Shown: piece after piece, positions 9,215 through 16,718 of the stretch
Layout of the letters: each line of letters opens with the position of its first letter
How positions within the stretch are numbered: the first letter of the stretch is position 1
NCBI GenBank assembly: GCA_016206285.1
Contig: JACQRW010000006.1
Location: forward strand, 1-62,441
Length of the DNA: 62,441 nucleotides
DNA from: Candidatus Sungiibacteriota bacterium
GTDB lineage: Bacteria; Patescibacteriota; Minisyncoccia; Sungbacterales; HO2-52-23
Reading direction: 5' to 3'
Notes under the pieces: model-generated
Seen by the model: the letters and a program-made list of their open reading frames with translations, nothing else
The model's database searches: none
Told to the model about the DNA's origin: nothing
Program-made: the position numbers and the translations under genes

Positions 9215-10543
9215 TTATTTCAAAAGTTTCCTGATTCGCTGAAGGTTTGGCAGAAAAACCATTCTGTTCCCTCTTTGTATTTTGGCAAGAAATCCTTTTG
9301 CTTCCAGCTGCATGAGATCTCTTCTTGCGGTTTCATAAACCACGCCGTGCTTGGCCTTATGAGTCTTCATATCAGTGATCTCATCCGGATGACGACGAAA
9401 GTACGCGAGAAGCGATACCTGTCTTTCATTCAAATCAATATGAAATTTTGCGACTTTTTTGTATTGATCTATTTCTCGAACTTTTTTGTCATAGTAGTCT
9501 AATAATTGCTCTATCGCAGTGCACGTTGCATCCGTGATATACAGGATGAAGTAAGTCAGATCATTGTCGTCCAGCTCCGTATGCAAGAATGCTTCATCAT
9601 ACCTCTTACGGGAAGCTTTGATAACACGAGAAACAGAAAGATATTGAAATAGCCAATAGCCCCTCTTCATAAGATACCAATAGAAAAGCGCCCGAGCGGT
9701 TCTTCCGTTGCCGTCAGGAAAGGGGTGCAGATATGAAAGCCAAAAATGGAGCACAGTCGCTTTTATAACGGGATGTATGAAATCATTTTCTGCGCTTTCA
9801 AACTTATTTGCATACGCGATAAGCGCCGCAAGTTGCGCTCTCATTTCTTTCTCCGTAGGCGGAGTAAAAACAATCTCTCCGGTTAATCCGTCAGAAACGA
9901 CAATATCATCCTCATTTTTTCTGAACCTGCCGCTGTCGCGAGGATCATCCAACGTATCTTTGGTTATCCTTCTTTGAATTTCGAGAAGAATTTCTTCACT
10001 TAAATCAAGTTCTTTGAGATCATCGAGCCGTTGCATGACTTGATAATTATTTATAATCATCTGCTCGTCTCTGGTTCTCGGCTTACGCCCGGAATAGATC
10101 ATTTCCTTTGCAACTTTTCGGGAAGTGCTTGCGCCTTCGATTTGGCTGGAAGCGATGGCCTCTTCGGAAAGACCGCTTATGATAAGCTGATCTTTCTGCA
10201 TCGGACTTGGCCTCGCTGCTAAAGTCTTGATGAAACCAGCTCCATGCACATCAATAAAGTTCAGTCTTCTGTATAAAGACTTAGTAAAACTAAAACCGAA
10301 ATAAGACCCGTCTTTTGACTTAGCGGGAGTCGGTTCTTTTTGCAATCTTGAAAGTTTAAGCAGCGCCCAAGCTTCTTCCGATTTTATTTCAGTAGGAAAA
10401 GTGTAATGCTTAAATGTGTCCCAATAAGCATATTTTTCCTGGGCATGCGCAATCAGACTGCGCATTTTTTCAGACTGCATAACTTCAAAAATATTCGCGC
10501 GGGACTTATCAAGAATTTGTTTCCAGTTTGGGGGTTTCTCCAT
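9215..10543 (-). CDS. Fic family protein (AMPylase-type) with N-terminal inhibitory motif
   Basis: HPFPDGNGRTAR Fic motif; SSQIEG matches the (S/T)xxxE(G/N) inhibitory helix. Confidence 0.9.
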   Translation of the reverse strand: MEKPPNWKQILDKSRANIFEVMQSEKMRSLIAHAQEKYAYWDTFKHYTFPTEIKSEEAWALLKLSRLQKEPTPAKSKDGSYFGFSFTKSLYRRLNFIDVHGAGFIKTLAARPSPMQKDQLIISGLSEEAIASSQIEGASTSRKVAKEMIYSGRKPRTRDEQMIINNYQVMQRLDDLKELDLSEEILLEIQRRITKDTLDDPRDSGRFRKNEDDIVVSDGLTGEIVFTPPTEKEMRAQLAALIAYANKFESAENDFIHPVIKATVLHFWLSYLHPFPDGNGRTARALFYWYLMKRGYWLFQYLSVSRVIKASRKRYDEAFLHTELDDNDLTYFILYITDATCTAIEQLLDYYDKKVREIDQYKKVAKFHIDLNERQVSLLAYFRRHPDEITDMKTHKAKHGVVYETARRDLMQLEAKGFLAKIQRGNRMVFLPNLQRIRKLLK

Positions 10544-10574
10544 AAAAATGGCATCAATATCTTAAAATAGACAA

Positions 10575-10620
10575 CTACTAATTATCTACTAATCCTACAC
10601 TTATTAGTAGGTAATGTCAA
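10575..10620 (-). promoter_or_regulatory. Promoter of the Fic gene with three 8-bp operator-like repeats
   Basis: Minus strand: TTGACA-17 nt-TAGGAT. CTACTAAT sits in the spacer and ATTAGTAG occurs twice downstream of the -10 box. Confidence 0.5.
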
Positions 10621-10645
10621 ATTACAGAGGATTACCCTAAAATAC

Positions 10646-10717
10646 TGTCCTCGGGCAGATTCGAACTGCCATTACGGGCTTCGGAGGCCCGCGTTCTATC
10701 CATTGAACTACAAGGAC
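10646..10717 (-). tRNA. tRNA-Arg (anticodon CCG), CCA not encoded
   Basis: Manual cloverleaf: acceptor GTCCTTG/CGAGGAC, D arm GTTC/GAAC, anticodon stem CGGGC/GCCCG with loop CTCCGAA, T arm GGCAG-TTCGAAT-CTGCC, discriminator A. Confidence 0.9.
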
Positions 10718-10736
10718 AGAAACCCCAAACACGAGA

Positions 10737-10765
10737 ATCATACCCGATTTTGCCGCAATTTACAA
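10737..10765 (-). promoter_or_regulatory. Candidate promoter of tRNA-Arg
   Basis: Minus strand: TTGTAA-17 nt-TATGAT, about 20 nt upstream of the tRNA 5' end. Confidence 0.45.
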
Positions 10766-10769
10766 CTTA

Positions 10770-10794
10770 AAAATCCGGCACATTGCCGGATTTT
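10770..10794. terminator. Bidirectional terminator hairpin
   Basis: aaaatccggca-cat-tgccggatttt, a perfect stem flanked by A and T runs. Confidence 0.6.
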
Positions 10795-11303
10795 ATTCAC
10801 GCACCCCATCTGATCTCACGAACTCTCATTCCTGAAATCGGATAGGGTCGGGAGGAACGCGTGCGCTCCTCCCTAAAGATTACTTAACATGTCTCAAAAA
10901 TATTTTTTGGCCACCCACGAGGGTGACCCACACCCCAACTTCGTTGGCGTGTGCGAAGGCAATGCCTCCGAACACACAAAACGAAAGAGGAGCGTTTCCA
11001 CTCTTTTCTTCCCTTTCGGGAAGTCGAGAGTGACAGATGTGCCCGCGCGGTGCTCTCGCCGCGCGCCAACCTATGGACCTTGCCATAAAAACCTCCAAAA
11101 TTTCACAAAAATCAATAAAGGCAAGACGGTTAAGATCAATCTGCGGAGGTAGCAGATGACTCAAATCCGCTTGCGCTGGGGCGATCCTTTTCCTGACCGC
11201 CCGGACAGAAGGACAGTGGGCAGACGCACTCCAATTTGTGTAATTTTATGAGTGTCCGCGTTGCCCTTCCATCCGGACGGTCACGATCGCATTTTCAATG
11301 ATC
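10795..11303 (-). ncRNA. Large structured non-coding RNA candidate (possibly RNase P RNA-like; class unresolved)
   Basis: About 0.5 kb lies between two terminators with no convincing ORF. It carries many GNRA-capped hairpins, e.g. CACTCT-CGA-CTTCCC-GAAA-GGGAAG-AAA-AGAGTG, and a 14-bp helix GACCGTCCGGATGG/CTGTCCGGGCGGTC. Short strings recall RNase P conserved regions: TCCATAGG, GCGGCGAGAGCACCGCGCGG, GGAAACGCTCC, CGGAGGCA, CCCGACCCTATCCG. Confidence 0.45.
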
Positions 11304-11344
11304 CGTAAATAAATATAGCAGCAATCGGTATTCGAATGCTGCTA
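11304..11344 (-). terminator. Terminator of the 292-aa NYN-like gene
   Basis: 8-bp perfect stem TAGCAGCA/TGCTGCTA followed by a T-rich tract on the minus strand. Confidence 0.5.
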
Positions 11345-11351
11345 TTATACA

Positions 11352-12230
11352 CTACAAAGATGTGGCTGTCAAGTCACCGTACCGAAAGATCGAGGGTTCA
11401 ATGTCAAATTCAAGAATAAAGGCAGTTGCCTCCGCATTGAATGCCCGTACGACATCCCTATAGTCGGAACCATACACATCCAGCGCAACCACTCCCCTCG
11501 TTTCTTCCAGTTGGAGCGTGCAGATACGGAGTCCGTATTTTGTCACAAAGTTATCAACAAATTTAAGCAGAGCATGACGCGCAGCAAGATCACTGCCGTC
11601 CACAGATTCCGGGAAGGCCAATGTCCATCTTATTTTTTTTACTCCAGAGGAATCGGATTCGGTGACGGATGAAGTTTGTGGCGCATACATCTCGATTGCG
11701 ATCTTTTGTACAAAGGTAGCGAGATCGGTAAATTCATAAACACTGCCAAGCAGCGGAGTAAGCTGTGTTGAAATCATAGATGCCCCGCTCCTTGGATCTT
11801 CTGTTTTCGTTGCCACGATATGCACCGCTATGCCTTGATTACGCTTGGCTTCCAGACAAGAGTAATAGTCAGAGATATCAGCGGAAACCAGGATGATCTT
11901 TCCGACCTGCGTCGGATCAAGCCCCAGCAACACTTCAATAATAAAATGGTCATCCTGACTGTTCTCAGATGGTACAGGTTGAACATTAAACCCCGCATCA
12001 CGCAAAGGTTTTCCGATACTCGCTTCCACGCTTGGTGGTAAAACGTACATCGGCTTGCCAAAAAGTTGCGCGCCACCGGCAATGTCAGAAACCAACACTT
12101 CGTATATCTCCTTGAAGTTGCTCCGCCGGATTCTTAAAGGACCACGAAGCATAGAATTGAGTGAACGCTCATCAATGATGATAAATGTGGCACCCTGCGA
12201 GATACTTTCAGAGCTTTGTCCAATACCCAT
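11352..12230 (-). CDS. NYN/LabA-like domain protein (acidic residues retained) with a C-terminal extension
   Basis: FIIIDERSLN, SQDDH, ILVSADISDY and GIAVHIV follow the NYN/LabA pattern. The ATG at 12230 is preceded by the SD AGGAGAGG. Confidence 0.55.
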   Translation of the reverse strand: MGIGQSSESISQGATFIIIDERSLNSMLRGPLRIRRSNFKEIYEVLVSDIAGGAQLFGKPMYVLPPSVEASIGKPLRDAGFNVQPVPSENSQDDHFIIEVLLGLDPTQVGKIILVSADISDYYSCLEAKRNQGIAVHIVATKTEDPRSGASMISTQLTPLLGSVYEFTDLATFVQKIAIEMYAPQTSSVTESDSSGVKKIRWTLAFPESVDGSDLAARHALLKFVDNFVTKYGLRICTLQLEETRGVVALDVYGSDYRDVVRAFNAEATAFILEFDIEPSIFRYGDLTATSL

Positions 12231-12287
12231 CTTTCCTCTCCTCTCGATTTTTTTCAAAGAAGTGAAAATACACTACCACAAACATAT

Positions 12288-12318
12288 AAAAAATCAAGGA
12301 TTCTTTCGGAACCCTTGA
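12288..12318 (-). terminator. Rho-independent terminator after the 430-aa gene
   Basis: Minus strand: TCAAGGGTTCCGAAAGAATCCTTGA followed by TTTTTT. Confidence 0.65.
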
Positions 12319-12410
12319 TATATCTGTAAATCAAAAAAATGAATGAGCACTCTGTATAAGAGCCGTCCTCGCAAAGACCACAATGCAATATAAAGACGCA
12401 GTTCTTTTCT

Positions 12411-13703
12411 TCAGCCGGAATTCCGGATGGTATAATTGCCTTCCCGGATGCTGTGGCGTGCTAAAAAGTTGCTGACGCTTCTTACTAAAGAACACTCTAC
12501 TTCATCGGGATTCGCCCCCGGTGGAATATCAAACGTCAAAATAAGGGTGCGAGTTTGCTTTTGATCAAGAAGCTGCAGCGGGACTTTCATCAGCTGGTTC
12601 GCATACTGCCCTATTTCCACAAAATGCATATGCGCATTTGCGGAGATCATAAAATCGTCTTCGGGATCCAGCATCGGCCGGCCACGTTTTTTATCTTGTA
12701 ACCTGGTACTCACAATATAGATGTCCATGCCGGCTTTTTCTTTTTCTAAAAGCGCTTCCCTTAAATATGAAAGAGTGTTTGCCACGATAACCAACCTCGA
12801 TACAGTCTGCGGATCTTGCTCCAAAACCTTTTCCAGCATCCAGTCGCCGATTTTTTTCCCGTCAGATGCCATAATCAGATCAAAACCTGCAGTACAAACT
12901 TCCTCTTGCGTCCTCGAGTGCATCCGCGGAGATCCGATCATCACGGGACAAGCGGCGTGTTCGCAATCCATACCGATTTCGTTGACAAGAATGTGGTAGA
13001 GCACCCTATAATCAGACACTCCGACGTTGTGCAGTTGCATCGCGCTGGCAAAAGACGCACCGTTGACAAGAGCAAAAATTTTCTTTGCAGGAGTCGGTTC
13101 TTTCGGACTTGTGTGCATAACCCGAACAGCATCGGAATGAAAAGATAAAGCGATATTTTCTATCGCAGTCGAGATATCTATAAAATCCAGGTTACACAGA
13201 CTGGAGACTGCCGCATGAATTTTTTCGGATGTTTTGCCGCCGTCTCTGTCTCCCGTTGTTGTTCCCACAAAGTGAACCGCAATCCCGCTTCGCGCATATT
13301 CCAAGAGCATCTCCAAAGTGCAATCGGATATTTCATTGGACACTAGGGTAATGGACGTTATCCTCCTGTCCATTGTCTGAAGAAATCCTTCAATTTCAAG
13401 CTGCACATCGTGCGCCAGCCAGACGTTGAATCCGGCACCTTTCGCTACATCTTGAATGCGTTGGGAAAGATTGACAGGAGCCACCATAATCGGCTCACGA
13501 ATGCATGGAAGCGCTTTCCCCACTTTGTTTACTAAAAAATCAAAAAGGTTAGGATAATGTACCATCTCAACGCGATGCGGATCCAGCGCCCTTCTAAATG
13601 ACGAGCCGTGAACAATGATAAACTGCCCACCCTGCGTATTATCGGGGTTTATTTTTTCGAGAATCTTTTGTCCGTCTTCCGGGCTCAATACGGCATGTTC
13701 CAT
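12411..13703 (-). CDS. Protein with two tandem degenerate NYN/LabA-like modules (paralog of 11352..12230)
   Basis: Two modules align to the neighbour (FIIVHGSSF...TLVSNEISDC...GIAVHFV and FALVNGASF...VIVANTLSY...MDIYIVS). The first acidic position is H in one module and N in the other. SD AAAGGAG upstream. Confidence 0.5.
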   Translation of the reverse strand: MEHAVLSPEDGQKILEKINPDNTQGGQFIIVHGSSFRRALDPHRVEMVHYPNLFDFLVNKVGKALPCIREPIMVAPVNLSQRIQDVAKGAGFNVWLAHDVQLEIEGFLQTMDRRITSITLVSNEISDCTLEMLLEYARSGIAVHFVGTTTGDRDGGKTSEKIHAAVSSLCNLDFIDISTAIENIALSFHSDAVRVMHTSPKEPTPAKKIFALVNGASFASAMQLHNVGVSDYRVLYHILVNEIGMDCEHAACPVMIGSPRMHSRTQEEVCTAGFDLIMASDGKKIGDWMLEKVLEQDPQTVSRLVIVANTLSYLREALLEKEKAGMDIYIVSTRLQDKKRGRPMLDPEDDFMISANAHMHFVEIGQYANQLMKVPLQLLDQKQTRTLILTFDIPPGANPDEVECSLVRSVSNFLARHSIREGNYTIRNSG

Positions 13704-13764
13704 TGCACTCGCTCCTTTTTGTTATATTGTTGTCAAAGATAGAGAAATACTATCGCACGGGCAT

Positions 13765-13793
13765 AAAAAAACAAGAGCCCCGATAGAGGCTCT
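13765..13793 (-). terminator. Rho-independent terminator after the 130-aa gene
   Basis: Minus strand: AGAGCC-TCTATCGG-GGCTCT followed by TGTTTTTTT. Confidence 0.6.
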
Positions 13794-13818
13794 TTGCAAA
13801 TAAAAATACCACTCGCAC

Positions 13819-14211
13819 TTATGTTATTCTTTTATACCTTCGCCGGGGAGCTGCCACTGTTTCCTCTAAAGCTGCTTTTAAATCCTCGGGGATGGGCTTT
13901 GTCACATCGTAGGTATCGGGCCAACCGGAAATGCGTACGCGCGTAACATCGCCGAAAAAGTGGCCGTAGGCTTCCCTCTTTTCGTCTCGCAATCGCTTCC
14001 GATCAAGAATTCCCTTGGTAACAAGTGCTGAAACATTTGAGGACAGCGATTTATCTCCGTACAATATCTTCGCACCTTTCTTAAAATCAAGACGAGTAGG
14101 GGTAGTTTGATCGGCCAAGCTTGGCACAACCCAGAGAAAAAGCGTTGCGGCCTGCAACAGACTGAGCGTCGGGATCTGTTCGTCATCACCCACTCTGATA
14201 TTATTTTTCAT
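13819..14211 (-). CDS. Small hypothetical protein, possibly winged-helix DNA-binding
   Basis: 130 aa with SD AGGAGGG upstream. The segment SLSSNVSALVTKGILDRKR resembles a MarR-type recognition helix (weak). Confidence 0.35.
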   Translation of the reverse strand: MKNNIRVGDDEQIPTLSLLQAATLFLWVVPSLADQTTPTRLDFKKGAKILYGDKSLSSNVSALVTKGILDRKRLRDEKREAYGHFFGDVTRVRISGWPDTYDVTKPIPEDLKAALEETVAAPRRRYKRIT

Positions 14212-14285
14212 ACCTGCCCTCCTGTGCTATTTTTCAAAGAATTTTTACCAACCGTATCGCACAAAACGCAAGAAATCAAGCCACG

Positions 14286-15104
14286 CTAAAACAGCGCTGG
14301 TTGCGCGTCCTGCGCCATGACATATGACTCGTCGGTCGGCTCGATCTTGAGGATGCGGTTGATGCGAAACATGCGCACGCTTTTGCGCAGATGGCAGTAT
14401 GCCTCGATCTCGTCGCCTTTGATCGCGTATACGTCTATCAGTCGCTTTTTTTTGAAGCCCAATCCGTCATGGTCTTCGGAAGACACATATTCAATGGCAA
14501 GGCGTTTGCGGTTGGCAAGCGCTTCTTCAAGCAGCACGCGGCTTGGTTTGGCATAGCCTTTTGCCCACTCGACCGGCACGGAGTGTATCTTGCTGTCGGA
14601 AAACGAACGAAACAGAATATGCCCGTTCTTTTTTCCATACTCGTACACGTCGCGCGTCAGGCGCACGTCGTCAAGGCAGTATTTTTTTACCTCTTCTACG
14701 CGCCCCTGGCGGAACCATTCAAGCGCCTCAAGCCCGTGCCCGGATTTTGATTCGCCAAGCGTCGCTTCCGCAACCGCGTTGAGCCCCACGCGATGCCCGA
14801 GAAAATCCACCGCATCCTGATAGAGATCGGTAACCGCAATTTTTTCAAATACCACAAGATTTTTGATATACGGCTTCAAAACCGGAATATCAAAATGGTT
14901 GATATTAAACCCGATAATATGGCCGGTTTGGTGCAGCATGTCTTCAAGCTGCGGCAGTTCGTGCTCTTCAAGCGCAACAAAGAGATCCTTATCATACGAA
15001 TATACGCCTGCAACCGAAATCCCGAGCTGCGTTATATTCCGCTCCCCTCCCACCTCCGCAAAAGATTTTTTTGTTTCCAGATCAATAACCAGAGTGTCAT
15101 GCAT
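14286..15104 (-). CDS. DEDD-type 3'-5' exonuclease (RNase H-like fold) fused to a C-terminal WYL domain
   Basis: VIDLET, FNINHFD and YCLDDV exonuclease motifs. C-terminus RLIDVYAIKGDEIEAYCHLRKSVRMFRINRI is WYL-like. The start at 15104 is supported by TTGATT-17-TATGCT-6-ATG. Confidence 0.7.
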   Translation of the reverse strand: MHDTLVIDLETKKSFAEVGGERNITQLGISVAGVYSYDKDLFVALEEHELPQLEDMLHQTGHIIGFNINHFDIPVLKPYIKNLVVFEKIAVTDLYQDAVDFLGHRVGLNAVAEATLGESKSGHGLEALEWFRQGRVEEVKKYCLDDVRLTRDVYEYGKKNGHILFRSFSDSKIHSVPVEWAKGYAKPSRVLLEEALANRKRLAIEYVSSEDHDGLGFKKKRLIDVYAIKGDEIEAYCHLRKSVRMFRINRILKIEPTDESYVMAQDAQPALF

Positions 15105-15110
15105 TTTAGG

Positions 15111-15139
15111 AGCATACGGCAAGAAGGAGAAAAAATCAA
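15111..15139 (-). promoter_or_regulatory. Sigma70-like promoter, leaderless geometry (exonuclease-WYL gene)
   Basis: Minus strand: TTGATT-17 nt-TATGCT-6 nt-ATG. Confidence 0.5.
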
Positions 15140-15189
15140 ACTGAAATAATAAAAGGCTGCACCAGAATCTATCTGATGCAGCCATCACT

Positions 15190-15639
15190 TCACCTTTGAC
15201 ATGCCGTATCTATGACCCATTGGGCTATAACGCGCATTGTCACATCCTTTTCGGCATCATTAAGTTGCTCCCATTGCTTTGTCAAATAAACAAACTTGTT
15301 ATTGTCCGCAAGCGGGAGCACACTCCGTCCAACCAGTTGCTCGATTCTAAGATATGCTGAAATTGTGTTATTTCGGGGAATAATCAGAATACGAATTTGC
15401 GGAACTTCATGGGAGGCAGGCACAATGATACCCCGACGATTTTCAATCATATTTCGAAAAAAACTTTCGCCGGGTCCGGCAACATTGCTCTTAAACAAGA
15501 GGGTAAATGTTCTCCCCGCATACTCAAAATGCGTAGCGGGACAGGAATCATCAACGGAACTTTGTATGGCGCTCTCGGCCATGGCTCGGTTCGACCACAA
15601 TGTTATGATCACAAATAGACAGGAAAGCATTTTTTTCAT
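15190..15639 (-). CDS. Secreted hypothetical protein
   Basis: 149 aa with signal peptide MKKMLSCLFVIITLWSNRAMA. Confidence 0.5.
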   Translation of the reverse strand: MKKMLSCLFVIITLWSNRAMAESAIQSSVDDSCPATHFEYAGRTFTLLFKSNVAGPGESFFRNMIENRRGIIVPASHEVPQIRILIIPRNNTISAYLRIEQLVGRSVLPLADNNKFVYLTKQWEQLNDAEKDVTMRVIAQWVIDTACQR

Positions 15640-15756
15640 ATCTATTTCCCCTTTTTCATTGTCGGTAAAAAGAACTTATGCATTTTTAACATAGATGCTA
15701 TAAAAAATCAAAAAGCGCAATCTTTTGATCAGCGCTTGATAATGCTTCCTCTAAAG

Positions 15757-16620
15757 TTAAAGTCGGGCAAAAAATCGTTCCAGCCCCTTGTGGTGCATCG
15801 TGTCTTCATATCCCTGTGCAATCGTTTTCCGCAAACGGGCCAAACGCGTATCAATCCGCCAAACCGGTAACTTTTCCTCCGGACAAATAACAGCCACATT
15901 TTTTCTACGCATGATCTTGTGCATATTCTCAAGCGTTTTATTGTACCGCATCGGCATGCTCCAAATTGCTTTCTGCAGCTCGGGAGATTCATGGCGAAGC
16001 AGCGCCCACCGAAGCAGTGTACGCGCCGCACACATGTGCGCAATCGGACGATACGGCCGCGTGAGTATCAAAAGAATATTTTGTTCATTTTGAATACGCT
16101 CCAATCCCAGCACGCTTCCGATGGTTCCGTCATAATACATCTGGTCATATATTTCGACCGGCCCGCTGCTGCCAAAATAAGGAACCATGCAGGTAGCATG
16201 CAACAGCTTATAAAAGCTGGCGCTGCTGTCTTTTTTAAAAAATCTGGATTGTCCCGTTTTGGCATTGGTAACGCCTATATCCATCTGTGCCGGATTGTCA
16301 TGAAATGCATCAAGATCCAAGGCAAATTTACCCTGATACACAACGCGATCCACCAAAAAATCAATATCCATGACTCCGCGTCCGGTCGGATGCCGCAACG
16401 GGGTTATGAATTTTTTTGATCGGAAAAGAAATTCCCAAATGGGGATGATGATGTCCGTTTGCCGGCTGATGACATACGACCAATTTATGATCAGTCCGGA
16501 GCTTCCCCTAACGCCCTTGAGTGAATCAAGTCCAAATCGCTTTTCCAGTGCTTTAATCACACCCGCATGATACGCCGAAGCGCATCCTCCGCCTTGTCCG
16601 GCAACGCAAAATCCTGCCAT
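15757..16620 (-). CDS. Patatin-like phospholipase family protein
   Basis: GQGGGCASAYHAGVIKAL oxyanion region, RGSSGL nucleophile region, YYDGT Asp motif. The ATG at 16620 has SD AAGGAG; the ORF extends to 16743. Confidence 0.65.
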   Translation of the reverse strand: MAGFCVAGQGGGCASAYHAGVIKALEKRFGLDSLKGVRGSSGLIINWSYVISRQTDIIIPIWEFLFRSKKFITPLRHPTGRGVMDIDFLVDRVVYQGKFALDLDAFHDNPAQMDIGVTNAKTGQSRFFKKDSSASFYKLLHATCMVPYFGSSGPVEIYDQMYYDGTIGSVLGLERIQNEQNILLILTRPYRPIAHMCAARTLLRWALLRHESPELQKAIWSMPMRYNKTLENMHKIMRRKNVAVICPEEKLPVWRIDTRLARLRKTIAQGYEDTMHHKGLERFFARL

Positions 16621-16718
16621 GGCACGGCTCCTTGTTGAGAGATCTATGTAAATGTCCCGCCTTATGATAAATGAAAAAAGCGCGATCGCCAAGGATCGCG
16701 CCAACATGTCCGAAGAAA

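Noticed and set aside
9215-10717. tRNA-Arg as an integration site (att duplication, integrase) for the Fic segment
   Set aside because: No integrase or recombinase gene, and no direct repeat of the tRNA 3' end, was found by eye on either side. The island status rests only on composition and gene content.
10880-11164. 94-aa minus-strand ORF, with an internal ATG preceded by GGAGG, lying inside the structured region
   Set aside because: The peptide is Arg/Gly/Cys-rich with no recognisable features. The DNA is dominated by GNRA-capped helices and long-range pairings, and terminators bracket the region. An RNA gene explains it better. Not fully excluded.
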